Part shown: positions 11,057 to 22,489 of the stretch, piece after piece
Layout: each line of letters starts with the position of its first letter
How positions within the stretch are numbered: position 1 is the stretch's first letter
Source: Selaginella moellendorffii
Taxonomy: Eukaryota > Plantae > Lycopodiophyta
Assembly: GCF_000143415.4 (NCBI RefSeq)
Contig: NW_003314262.1
Span: forward strand, 4,378,349-4,442,348
Reading direction: 5' to 3'
Length of the DNA: 64,000 nt
The notes under the pieces: generated by a model
What the model saw: only the letters and a program-made list of their open reading frames with translations
Database searches by the model: none
Told to the model about the DNA's origin: nothing
Position numbers and translations under genes: made by a program

Positions 11057-12858
11057 CTACGAGCGTCTTCCGGGGCACCGATAGCACTTTGCGAACAGTC
11101 CAAACTCGTGAGCTTGGTTCCTTAGCACGCTGATGCTTGCCCATGTTGCAAAGCCACCGGCCATGATTACCATCCAAAGGATGGCTCCCAAGTTCATGCA
11201 GTGGAGGCTCAACCAGCTCATGCCAAACGGAGGCTGCTCGATTGCATTCTAAACAGCAGTGAGGTTAGATTAGTCTTTAGAACCGTGTACGGTACCTTTT
11301 GAGATTTGGAAGTCCAATAGACGAGCACGGACGCAGCACAGGGAATGACGTATAGCCAGGTCATAAAGATGGACCCGGCCGCCGAGCTCAAAGTTCCATA
11401 AAACGGGAACATAATAGCCACCAACAAGGATGCCAAAAAGACTGGAGTTCTGACCAACGTTTTCTTCCAGTAGCTTGGAGACTGATGAACTTTTAACCAC
11501 TTCTCTACAATAATATATAGAGGCTGTGACAAAATCCCATACTCGATGAGCTGCTCAGCACGGCCGTCAATAGTATAGATAGAGAACCGCGTGTTTTGGG
11601 TTGAATACCTGGTGTAGGAGCATAAGAACCACTGCCGCATCACGAAATTTTGTGCGTGGGAGCAAAGAGAAGACATTATACTGTACGTTGTCTCCGAAAG
11701 CCCAGTAGACGCTTATAATCGAAAACAGCACCACAGGTGTCATGAACAAGTCCGAATAGAGAGAAGTCAGCTTGTATTTTGAAGGTTGCCACATCGCATC
11801 CATTAGCTCCCTGCAAAGTAAAGATTCAAAGTCGAGTCTAGAACTTGAGTAAAAGCTTACACTGGGATCGCATGAGCTCCAAATATGATAGTGCTAGCAA
11901 ACCCGTTGAAGTAGCTCCTGATGCTGTGAGGTGCCGTGTGCCTCACGTCGTCATCCTGCACGAAGCTTGGCTCAGAACCGCTTGAAACACACAATATATA
12001 CCTGGTGAATTGCGAAAGAAGCAAATGCCATATACAAAGCAGTGTAAACGATCATCACAAGACCGGCGAAAGACCACATTCTATAGTTCCGAAGCGAGGG
12101 AATGAAGACAGTCGTTGCAAAGCATGAACCGAGGACTAAAGTCCAAGTTCTTCGTTCTAACTTGTCATTGATGTAGTATACGATGCTGCAAACATTCGAA
12201 TTTCAATGATTTGGAACACCGAATTCATCACTTACTTTCCAACAGCAACCATTTGAATAGCTGCAAAGCTGAACATGATTCCAAAGTTAAATATCAGTGT
12301 GATTGTTTCCCAGCGGCGTCCTAAAAGACCGCCAAGAACCTCGTGCATCTGCTAGACGTAAAGAACGTAAAGAACGTAAAGACGTAAAAAACACCAGTTT
12401 CTTCGTGAAAAGCCACTCACTCCACCTGTATAGTGTGGCGCTTGAAAGAGTGGGGGTCGTCTTTCAGCCTATTATGACGATACTGCAGGTACAAGGTGTT
12501 CATCATCCAAGCGCTCCAGCAGCCTACAGTAGACTGAATCAAGATAGCAAGTATGCCAGAAACAAATCCCATTTGCGACATTGCAAAAGGTAGCGATACT
12601 AGCAGTTGCGATATCTGTTAACAAATACCAGAAATTCCAGTGGAAGTAAGAAAAACAAAACCATACCTTGGTTGTCGACATGTTCAGCCAGGCATCAAAG
12701 GTAGAACCCCCATCGCAAAAGACCGTCGAAAAGAAACGCGAAATCGTGGGAGTAGAACCAAAGGAGATGTAAATGCCAGACGCACTAGCGCCAGACGAAA
12801 CATGAAGAGCATGAGTCGCTTCTCCAGTCTCTGCATCGGCATCACCGTAGGAGGACAT
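11057..12858 (-). CDS. Divergent AUX1/LAX-like amino-acid/auxin permease
   Basis: Manual splicing gives GGSTFDAW, YYINDKLERRTWT, TTVFIPSLRNYRMWSF, FGAHAIPVELMDAMWQP, VYWAFGD, FRDAAVVLMLLHQ, NAIEQPP and C-terminal FGLFAKCYRC, all colinear with AUX1/LAX; no disablement seen. Confidence 0.88.
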
Positions 12859-13282
12859 CCTTAGATCTTGCGGCAGGGAAATCTAAAGTTTTTGTGCATA
12901 CCATATTCTGAAGTCAAAAATTGTTGTCAATGTTTGATGGCGTTTGACGTTATAAGTATGTTCTAGCGATGATTTCTTCCGCCATCCAAGCAGCTTCTCA
13001 TAAAGCTGCGCCACTAAGGCATGACGGAATGTGATCATCAGCACCTCCAAGCCTGTGGGCGTTATTTACAAAACATATTAAAACTATTACGTACGTACTA
13101 CGTATTTACGTCCGGTCAAGCTGGTTCCAGAACACGTAACGTTCAAGTCGGTCAAGTAGAGGAACTTTACCAATTGAATCTGTGCCAAGGTCCTACAGTG
13201 AAAGCAATATCAGTCAATCTCCTCAATCGTCACTCCGGCACTCACCTAAAGAAGTCGAGGAGCCCTGAGCGCACCGAGCAAC

Positions 13283-14447
13283 ATGGAAGACGAAAGTTGG
13301 ATGAAGCTCATATTGATCAACCAGGGACACTTCATCTCCTCGTCCCTCAAGGCCTTGGTGAAGCTCAAGGTACCTGACATCCTCAACAAGGCCGCACCCT
13401 CCTTGCTCTCCCCAGTAGAGATCTGCGACCAGCTGCCGCTGCGCAGCAAAGCCACTCTAGATTCTTCCGCATCTCAGCTGGGTCGACTTATGCGTGCTCT
13501 GGCCATGTTTGGTGTCTTCCAAGAGTGCCCCTCGTCAGAGGGAGAACAGAGGTATGGCCTCAACGCCGTCTCCAAGCACCTAGTCACAGAAGGCAATAGC
13601 GAATCAATGGTACCATCGATGATGTTTTTCCCCAAGCAGTATAATGTATGGGACTTGTTACCTGACGCTATACTCGAAGGTGTACAGCCAGGCTCCAAAG
13701 CTCATGCTGGAAAGTCGGTGTTCGAGCTGGACCCAGCCATCGTCACGGTTTTCAACACCGTCATGTCAGCTTACACGAGACGTACCATGCGGCTCGCTCT
13801 GCAAGTTTACGACGGCTTCCAGCATGCGAAGGTGATTGTGGATGTCGGTGGCAGCTTGGGAGCGTCTCTAGAAATTATCCTTGCCAAGTACCCGAACGTC
13901 AAAGGGATTAACTTCGATCTCCCAGTGGTCGTGGAACACGCTGCAAAAGTACAAGGTTCGTCACGAATTTGTATGTGTCTTGGAATGCACTTACTTTCTA
14001 ATCTTCAGGTATGGAAAACGTCGGAGGAGACATGTTCGTCTCCGTTCCTCAAGGAGACCTCATGTTGCTGAAGGTAAAAAGATGTCTACGGCCAAGATGG
14101 AAAATCTAAGAGCTAGACTTTGGCATTTACTTTTGCAGTGGGTTCTACACGACTGGAGTGACGAAAAAGCTATCAAGATCCTTGAAAACTGCCGCAAATC
14201 ACTTGCAGAGGGAGGCAAGGTGGTGGTAATTGATGCACTTCTGCCGGAGGTTGCTGAAAAAAGCGAGGAATACAGCCTGGCTGACAAGAATGCAGTTTTG
14301 TATGATCTAGCTATGCTAACAACAGGAGAAGCAGCAAAGGAGAGAACTTACAAGGAGTTGGAGCAAGTTGCGATGGCTGCCGGCTTCTCCAGCTTATCAG
14401 TCAGAGCTAGAGTCGATTCTGCCTCCATTATCGAGGTCTATCCTTAA
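13283..14447 (+). CDS. Caffeic acid OMT-like (cation-independent) SAM-dependent O-methyltransferase
   Basis: Exons 13283-13955, 14009-14073, 14139-14447. Dimerisation domain, VDVGGSLG, INFDLP, GGDMF, catalytic WVLHDW, KERT. Confidence 0.93.
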
Positions 14448-14490
14448 AACTTCCAGACAATCAGTGCAATCCAGATATTTGTGAAACGCA

Positions 14491-15849
14491 TTACCTGCTT
14501 GATGCTGTTGCTGGTTGCTGTTCGCGAGAAATTACGTCGTCCTCTGTATCGTCACTGGTTCCATCAGTAAAGTCGTCACTGTCGCTCACTTCTGCTGGAT
14601 GATCACTTTCATAAGTTGTTTCCTCCAGTTGTTCATCGTTAACGGCCTTGGAAAGATCCGGCTCAGCCTCAGGCAAGGAATCTGGAGTACAAAGACTGCT
14701 CCGGCTTCTTCTTCGCGGATCTGTTAGAGGTAGCAAGCTCCGCTTAAGTGGTCTCTTCTTCCTTGAAACAAGCGCCAGTTCCACGTACTTCCGACGCAAA
14801 TCAATGTACGGGGACATCTCAATCTTGTAGTCCCAGTGGTAAGCTTCCCGCAAGAACACGAAGTAATAGTTGTTGAGCCGTTCCATGGCGAAGAACAGCG
14901 ACTCCCTTCGCAAAAACTTGGCCAAGTCCTCTGGAAGCTGGAGCTCGTCTTTGAGAATCGCTAGATCTCTCACATTCGCTCGCTTCAGCAACGTCAAGCT
15001 TAGAAACTCGTGACAAACCGCGAGAGACCGCTTCCGCGCCTCTGGCGAGCCATCCGGATCGTCAACTTTAACACCACGCTCGTATGGAGAATCAAACCGG
15101 CGCTTCTGGAAGGACAAGAGCTTCAAATATCTGTCCCTTTCCATCTCGCAGTTGTTCTCGAAAGCTACTCGAAAGCTGTGAGGATTTCCCTCGCAAAACT
15201 TGTCCTTGCGGCTCGGGTCTATATGTTTTACCCCCCGGAGCTCTCGAGCCGTGACCGCTAGCGCTGGATCCCAAGCCCCCAGCTCCAGCATCGCGTCGTC
15301 CTTTTGGTTCCTGGTGATCGTGAAAAAATCCGGGAACCTGACCAGGGTGGTGGTCTCGAAATCCTCGGAGAAGCCAAAGCACGGCTTGAGAATGCTAAGC
15401 TTCTTCACTGGAATCCTCCCTTCCTTGGCCATCATCAAGAGCTTCCTCAAGACCTGGACAGCATACGGCTCGTGCTGCTTTAGAACTTCCTCCTCCCTCT
15501 TCATGAGGTGCTTCATCGTCTCGGTCAGCTCCACGATCTTACGGGACTCCTTGTCACACATCTCAAACATGAGCCGGAATTTCCTCAGAAAGAACTCGGA
15601 GTCCCTGTTGCGAAATCCCAGCTTCTTGGCGATCTTTTGGAACCGCGCCTTTGAGACGAGCTCCTTGGCAGCCACGGCCCCGGCTACACGATGGATGAGC
15701 CGCATTTCCTTCTCGCGCACGGCGAGCTTGGCGTAGGTCAACGCGTCCTGGCCGCCGCTGAATCCGCCCATAGATCGCTTGCTCGAGACCATACATCCTG
15801 TAAGAATGCGAATCCCTGTGGCGGATCCCAGTACCTGGCGTTGCCGCAT
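14491..15849 (-). CDS. PORR (plant organelle RNA recognition, DUF860) domain protein
   Basis: LRKLLMMA...IP, FGFSEDF, RFPDFF, LELGAWDPALAV, EARKRSLAVCHEFLSLT, VFLREAY motifs; intronless. Confidence 0.85.
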   Translation of the reverse strand: MRQRQVLGSATGIRILTGCMVSSKRSMGGFSGGQDALTYAKLAVREKEMRLIHRVAGAVAAKELVSKARFQKIAKKLGFRNRDSEFFLRKFRLMFEMCDKESRKIVELTETMKHLMKREEEVLKQHEPYAVQVLRKLLMMAKEGRIPVKKLSILKPCFGFSEDFETTTLVRFPDFFTITRNQKDDAMLELGAWDPALAVTARELRGVKHIDPSRKDKFCEGNPHSFRVAFENNCEMERDRYLKLLSFQKRRFDSPYERGVKVDDPDGSPEARKRSLAVCHEFLSLTLLKRANVRDLAILKDELQLPEDLAKFLRRESLFFAMERLNNYYFVFLREAYHWDYKIEMSPYIDLRRKYVELALVSRKKRPLKRSLLPLTDPRRRSRSSLCTPDSLPEAEPDLSKAVNDEQLEETTYESDHPAEVSDSDDFTDGTSDDTEDDVISREQQPATASSR

Positions 15850-15960
15850 CGCCCTTGTAAAGCCCTAAACCTTTCTTCCCGCCAATGGGAAGAACCCTAA
15901 AAAGAAGGGACTAATGTTTAGGTTTTTAACAGTGAATCATCTAACATAGATAAGACAATA

Positions 15961-16356
15961 TTATTGTCCTCGTATATCTAAGGTGGTCCTCGAGCAATTT
16001 GCACACTGCTTGCAGAGGTCGCACTTATCCTTGCACAGGTCCTCCTGCAAACTGCGCACGTCCTCACCCAGTTCTTGGCGCAGTTTGTGCAGCTCCTCAC
16101 TCAGTTTTTTGTGCAGGTCCTCGAGCAAATCCTCGCCCAATTTGCGCAGGGCCTCCACCAACATCTCGCCCAAGTCCACAGTCTCGCTACAAATCAAAAG
16201 TCAAACAAAGATGAGGAACGAAAAAACTTACGTGATGGGGTGGATTTCATTCACACCCTTTGACTTGCAGTCGTCTTCGAACACTCTGCAGTGCTGTGTC
16301 ACGGGACACCAAGATGTTAGCAGTAGTAGTGCTATCGTTAAAAGTATTTGATTCAT
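15961..16356 (-). CDS. Orphan small secreted protein, 116 aa (signal peptide, amphipathic helical repeats, Cys-rich tail)
   Basis: Exon 16356-16232 (MNQILLTIALLLLTSW...) joins exon 16186-15961 in frame across a 45-nt GTAAG...TTGTAG intron. Confidence 0.55.
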
Positions 16357-16387
16357 GTTGTCTTGTGAAGGAACCCTACTTCGTGCC

Positions 16388-17609
16388 TGAAGAGAAAAAA
16401 AGCGGAAGCTACGATGGTGGATGACTCTCAGGATAATCATATATAATATCAAAGATATATATACATGATGAAGAGACACGCCTCTAGCCTACACCTGGAT
16501 CAATGAAGTGGCACTCCTGCCACCTAAAATCATGTCATAGAAAGCGTATACCTCAACACTCCCTCTCGATCTTGATGACATGAATCTGAGATCACTCTCC
16601 CTCTGCATCCAAGCACTCTATCGTGTCCACGACAGAAATCTGTCTCTGTTCGGTGCCTCCTCTCAGCGCCTCTGCCAGCGCCTTCTCACACCAGCGCTTC
16701 ACTCAGCGCTCCAGTGCAGTCTCTGCTCGGCCAGCCCTCGGGGCCTCGTGCCTCTACGCCCGGCACTCACCTCTGGCCAGTGTCTGCGGGGTCTCGCACG
16801 CCCTAGCGCCTCGTTCACGGCCTCTGATCGCAGTCTCTCCTCTCTCAGCGCCTCTGCCAGCGCCTCTCTGTTCGTGCCTTGCACCACTCTCTCAGGGTCG
16901 CTCTCTCACACCAGCACCTCACTCAACGCTCCGGTGCCTCAAGCCAGCCCTCATCGTCTCAGCATCGATCAAGCCTCCTCGGCCAGAGTCCTAACGGCTC
17001 TCTCCCTCTGCCCTCTCACAGCCCAGCACTCGGCATCGCCTCTGCCTGCTTGCTTCTGGACAGCACCTCTGTCCAGTCCACCAGCGCCCCAGCACTCCAA
17101 TCCCTCGCACCTCTGCCTGCAGCCCTTGGTGTTTCGCACCTCTACCCTACAGGGTGCCCAGCGCTCACCTCTGTTCGGCCAGTGCCTCGCGCCAACCCTC
17201 TCTCAGCACCTCTGCCAGCGGGTCGGTCTCTGCTCGATCACGCCCTAGTGCCTTGCTCAGCTCGCTAGTGCCGTTATCTTAGCGCTCAGTGCAGCACAGT
17301 GCCAAAACTTGGCACCTCTCAGCCACGTCTGGTGGCTCGTCTGGTGGCTCATCTGGTGGCTCATCGTCATCCTCACTGGCCTCCTCCTCGGCCAGTGCCA
17401 TCGTCCTAGGATCTGAAGCCCTCAAGGCTCCAATACCATGAAGAGAAGAAGAGTGGAAGCTACAATGGTGGATGACTCTCAGGATAATCGTATATAATAT
17501 CAAAGATATATATACATGATGAAGAGACACGCCTCTAGCCTACACCTGGATCAATGAAATGGCACTCTTGCCACCTAACATCATGTCATAGAGAGCGTAT
17601 ACTTCAACA
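16388..17609 (-). mobile_element. Intact non-autonomous LTR retrotransposon (TRIM-like), 1222 bp
   Basis: 171-bp TG...CA LTRs at 16388-16558 and 17439-17609 (about 10 mismatches). 5-bp TSD GTGCC at 16383-16387 and 17610-17614. tRNA-Met-type PBS TGGTATTGGAGC and PPT GAGAGGGAG on the minus strand. No RT or integrase. Confidence 0.93.
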
Positions 17610-17906
17610 GTGCCTTTAATCTTAGCCGTTTACCTAAGCTGTTCAAACGATTGCTTTGGACGAAACCGAGGGAAAGCCCAGAAGTTTAGCTATTGCGCTG
17701 AGATCACCCTGGTCAGCGCATGGAAGATTTTCTTGCTCTTCTCTCCGTCAACATTTCATTGGTATCTCTATTAAGCACGCCACATGATCGCGATCATTTT
17801 CCTTGTCTCTGCCACCAGAAAAAGCCATGGACATTGAAACGTAGCACGAATGGATGCTCGCGTCTATTCCATCAGGTGAGCTAAGCTTCTCCAGAGATCA
17901 ACCAGC

Positions 17907-19969
17907 ATGGATCATCAAGTCTTTCATCGCTCTAGCATCTTACATGATATGGCACTGTTTTGCGCAGTTCTACCGCTGCCATGGACTGCTGCATCCATCG
18001 GGACGATGAACACTCTGGGACCGATGTGGAGCAAGTCGGACAATCCGAACTGGGACGACAGGAATTTCTTCGCGCTGTGCTTGCTCGAGGCGGGAACACT
18101 CATGCCATCGTGCTCAGGTACTTTTCCAACGCAAAACAACACAGATGCTCCAAGCACTCCCATGTTTGCTCTGAGCTCCGGTGGCTACTTCACTTGCGGA
18201 CTTAGCTACGAGAGAAAAAACCCATTTTGCTGGGGGAATTCCACGATGGCCGTTCCATCGGTTTACAGGAATGTCAGCTATAGCAGCTTGAGTGCCGGAT
18301 AGGATCACGTCTGTGCGCTGAGAAGCAGTGGAAAGCTAGACTGCTGGGGATCAAACGTGGATGGGGAGCTAGACGTACAGAAAAATCGCAGCTTTGTCAT
18401 GGTGAGCTCCGGCTATGGCTACACTTGCGGGCTCATCAAGACTGGTGAAGCGTTTTGCTGGGGATGGGACGCTCCAGTCCGTTCACTGCCCAGTGGTATC
18501 ACCTTTGGTGCTTTGTTCTCCGGAGGAACACACGCTTGCGGACTGGTAAAGAACAGTAGCGCTCCGGTTTGTTGGGGATATAACGACCACGGACAGGTCC
18601 AGGGCCGGTTGACGATCCAAGCATTTTGTTCGCTAGCTTTGGGACTGTTCCACTCATGCGGGATAGTGAAGGACACAGGGAACGTAGTCTGCTGGGGTGA
18701 CAATGCTTTCAACCAGACGGATGCCCCGGAAGGCGAGGCCTTTTCAGTCATTTCAGCTGGAGACTACTACACCTGTGGTGTGAGCTTGAAAGATCCAGAG
18801 AGGGTCAAGTGCTGGGGAAACTCGGTTGATTTCGCAGGAGCAAGTATCAGAGTGACCCAAGGATTGTGTACAAGTGACGCATGTAGCAAGCAGCAGTACC
18901 AGCTTTTGCAAGCTGGCTCGAAGAGGTGTCCGGTTGCTGGCGATCGAGTGTGTCTTGAGTGTTTACGAGGCAGCAAGCAGTGCACGGGAAGGGAGCCAAC
19001 GAAATTGCATGACTCAAGGAACTTAGCAGTGGGATTTTCTATGGAAGGAATCTTCATCCTTGGCGCTGCTGCTTTTACAGCGGGGTATTTTCTTCGGCGA
19101 CGACCCAAGCGTCCATTTCAATGTGGCTGTTTACCTTGGCGAGGGAAACCATCCACATCGGAGGAATGGGAGATTCTAGCAAACAGGCTGGTGACATTCA
19201 GCAGCTCGGAGATCATCCACGCTACAAAAGGCTACTACTCAGACATGATCGTCGCGAAAGGTGCCAGCGGAGTGGTGTACAAGGCTGTTCTTCCACTGGC
19301 TTTGAAGAAATCCCGTGCCGGTGACAAGTCTTTGATGAAGGAGCTGTCCCTGCTAGCCAGATCACCACACTTATCTCGTGAACTTGGTGGGATACTGCGC
19401 TCAAGAGCAGCTCCTGGCTTTCGAGTTCATGGAGAACGGCTCGCTCTTCGACTGCCTTTTCAAGAAGCCAGAGATCAGGCTGGATTGCTACGGGAGAATT
19501 CGCATCGCAGCACAGGCAGCTCGAGGACTGGACTACTTACACAAGTATGCGTCTCCAGAAATACTCCATCGAGATGTGAAGCAGCAAACATACTCTTGGA
19601 GGGGGACTGGAACGCACACTTGTCCGACTTTGGCTTCTCCCTCTCGACGTCGGGGAGTAGCACCCGGTTCATGACAATGGTGGGAACACGAGGCTACATG
19701 GAACCGGAGTGCAAACCATCAAGTTCACCACCAGGAGCGACGTCTACAGCTTTGGAGCGGTGCTGCTGAAGCTCCTCACAGGTCGACAAGCGATTCAAAG
19801 CTTGGTCTTCTCGAGCACGGCAAGAGCAGCTCTTTCTCGCTGCTTGATCCGAGGATTTACGTTCCAGAGAACTCCGCAGCGCTGGAAGAGGTGCTCGAGC
19901 TGGCCCTCCAGTGCACAAGCTTTGATGGATCTTCGTCCCGGTATAAGCGGTGTTGCGAACACCGCTTGA
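17907..19969 (+). pseudogene. CRINKLY4-like receptor kinase pseudogene
   Basis: Paralogue of 20276-22489 with TAG at 18300-18302 (CAG in the intact copy) and several frameshifts and deletions in the kinase domain. Confidence 0.88.
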
Positions 19970-20275
19970 AGCGAAATAATTAAGCATTTTTTACCATTAA
20001 TGCTAAACTGGTGGTTTACTTTGAATTTCCCGCCAATGGCTAGGAGCCCTAAATGAAGAACAAGTGGGTTTTTCCTAGTCAGCGATGGTGCTCCTCCAAA
20101 ATCACAAGTGGTATCCCTGATTTTTCGGTGTCTTTTAGTGAGATTTGGCAACACGTTGTATAGAAATCTCCTTTTTCTCTGTCCAGATCCCAAGAGCGGG
20201 GATGAAAAGTCAGCGTTTTGGAAAAAGTCTTCTTAGCATCCAGTGGAGGTGAGCTAGACCTTTCTCTCCGGGGAA

Positions 20276-22489
20276 ATGGATCTTGGATGTTCTTCTCGAT
20301 CCATGTTCTCACTCCTGGAATTGCTTTGCATAGCTCTTCTGCCATGGACTGCTCTCTCCGTGGGGACGCTGAACACTCTGGGACCGATGTGGAGCAAGTC
20401 GGACAATCCCAGCTGGAACGGTCGGGCCCCCTACACGAATTCCTTCGCGCTGTGCGTGCTCGAGTCGGGAACTCTCCTGCCATCGTGCTCAGGTACGTTT
20501 CCAACGCAAAACAACACAGATGCTCCGAGCACTCCCATGTTTGCTCTGAGCTCCGGTGGCTACTTCACTTGCGGGCTTAGCTACGAGAGCAAGAAGCCAT
20601 TTTGCTGGGGGAATCCCAACTCGACGGTTCCACCGGTTTACAGGGATGTGAGCTACAGCAGCTTGAGCGCTGGACAGGGTCACGTCTGCGCTCTAAGAAG
20701 CAGTGGAAAGCTCGACTGCTGGGGACAAAACACGTATGGGCAGCTAAACTTTCCGCAAGCTCGCAGCTTTATCCAAGTGAGCTCCGGATATGACTACACC
20801 TGCGGGCTCGTCGAGGGTGGCGAAGCTCTTTGCTGGGGATGGGATCGTTCCACCGCTCTTTTCTCCCGCGCACAGCCGAAAAACGTCGCCTTTAGTGTTT
20901 TGTTCTCCGGAGGAACGCACACTTGCGGACTGGAAAAGGACACTGGGACTGCGTTTTGCTGGGGGTGGAACAACTTCGGACAGTGTAGCTCATACGGGAA
21001 GGACGTGGAGTTTTCTTCGCTAGCCTTGGGACTTTTCCACTCTTGCGGGATTGTGAAGGGGAAGGGGAACGTAGTCTGCTGGGGAGACGGTGCTTTCAAT
21101 CAGACGGCTCCACCGAAGGACGAAGCGTTTTCGGTCATTGCGGCTGGAGACTACTACACTTGTGGCGTGAGCTTGAACGATTCGCAGAGAGTCAAGTGCT
21201 GGGGGAATTCAGTGGTGTTTACGGGGAACGTCAAAGTGAGCCAGGGACTGTGTAGCAGTCAAGCATGCAGCGGCCAACAGTACGAGCTTTCGGAAGATAA
21301 TTCGAAGAAATGCCCGGTTGCTGGAGATCGAGTGTGTCTCGACTGTTTACAAGGCAATATGAAGTGCATGGGAGCACCAAGTCCAAGTCCAAGTTCTTTG
21401 CAACAGATTAACAAGGATCTGGAGAAACCGATAAGTATGAGTGGTTTGGCAGTGGGAATTTCGGTGGGGGCAGTAATAGCAGTGATTCTTGCTGCTGTTG
21501 CGGGATACTGTATCTGGAGACGAAGAGCTCAAGGATCACCCAAAACTAAGGCATGGGAAACCTTCGCAAACAGGCTGGTGGCGTTCAGTGGCTCGGACCT
21601 CGTCCGTGCTACAGAAAACTATCGCTCCGAGATGATCATTGGGAAAGGTGCTAGCGGAGTGGTCTACAAGGCTGTTCTCCCGGACGGACGAGCACTGGCT
21701 TTGAAGAAATCTCGAGCGGGTGACAAGTCTTTAGTGAAGGAGCTCTCCCTGCTGGCCAGATTACACCACGCTTACCTCGTCAACTTGGTGGGATACTGCG
21801 CTCAAGAGCAGCTCCTGGCTTTCGAGTTCATGGAGAACGGCTCGCTCTTCGACTGCCTATTCAAGAAGCCAGAGATCCGACTCGACTGGTTTCTAAGGAT
21901 CCGCATCGCAGCACAGGCCGCTCGAGGACTGGAATACTTGCACATCTACGCATCTCCACAGATACTCCACCGAGACGTGAAAGCAGCAAACATACTCCTG
22001 GACAAGGACTGGAACGCACACTTGTCCGACTTTGGCTTCAGCCTCTCTCCCTCCGGAAACACCACGCAGCTCGCGACGATGGTGGGAACTCCAGGCTACA
22101 TGGATCCGGAGTACTTCCAGACGGCGAAGTTCACCACCAAGAGCGACGTCTACAGCTTTGGAGTGGTGCTGCTGGAGCTCCTCACAGGCCGCCAAGCAAT
22201 GCTAGGCTCCGAGAGGAGCTTGGTCTCGTGGGTTCTTCTCCAGCGCGGCAAGAGCAACACTTGCTCGCTGTTTGATCCGAGGATTTTCCTTCCAGAGAAC
22301 TCGGCAGCGCTGGAAGAGGTGCTCAGGCTAGCTCTCCAGTGCACAAGCTTCGATGCCGAGCACCGCCCAACGATAAGCTCCATAGCCACCACCTTGGAGC
22401 GTGTCTCGAGCACAGTGGAGGCACGCCCGGACGAAATCTCTAATGGATCGAGCGGTACCAACGTGTTCACCAGCAACTCTTGGAATTGA
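20276..22489 (+). CDS. CRINKLY4-related (CCR) receptor-like kinase, intronless
   Basis: Signal peptide, RCC1-like crinkly repeats (SSGGYFTCGL...CWG), Cys-rich linker, TM helix, kinase with GKGASG, ALKK, HRDVKAAN, DFG, GTPGYMDPEY. Confidence 0.92.
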   Translation: MDLGCSSRSMFSLLELLCIALLPWTALSVGTLNTLGPMWSKSDNPSWNGRAPYTNSFALCVLESGTLLPSCSGTFPTQNNTDAPSTPMFALSSGGYFTCGLSYESKKPFCWGNPNSTVPPVYRDVSYSSLSAGQGHVCALRSSGKLDCWGQNTYGQLNFPQARSFIQVSSGYDYTCGLVEGGEALCWGWDRSTALFSRAQPKNVAFSVLFSGGTHTCGLEKDTGTAFCWGWNNFGQCSSYGKDVEFSSLALGLFHSCGIVKGKGNVVCWGDGAFNQTAPPKDEAFSVIAAGDYYTCGVSLNDSQRVKCWGNSVVFTGNVKVSQGLCSSQACSGQQYELSEDNSKKCPVAGDRVCLDCLQGNMKCMGAPSPSPSSLQQINKDLEKPISMSGLAVGISVGAVIAVILAAVAGYCIWRRRAQGSPKTKAWETFANRLVAFSGSDLVRATENYRSEMIIGKGASGVVYKAVLPDGRALALKKSRAGDKSLVKELSLLARLHHAYLVNLVGYCAQEQLLAFEFMENGSLFDCLFKKPEIRLDWFLRIRIAAQAARGLEYLHIYASPQILHRDVKAANILLDKDWNAHLSDFGFSLSPSGNTTQLATMVGTPGYMDPEYFQTAKFTTKSDVYSFGVVLLELLTGRQAMLGSERSLVSWVLLQRGKSNTCSLFDPRIFLPENSAALEEVLRLALQCTSFDAEHRPTISSIATTLERVSSTVEARPDEISNGSSGTNVFTSNSWN

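Noticed and set aside
12353-12389. ACGTAAAG(A) repeated four times
   Set aside because: Short intronic minisatellite; no spacers, not CRISPR-like
16580-17248. 222-aa Ser/Leu/Cys-rich ORF
   Set aside because: Antisense to the repetitive, purine-rich interior of the TRIM; low complexity
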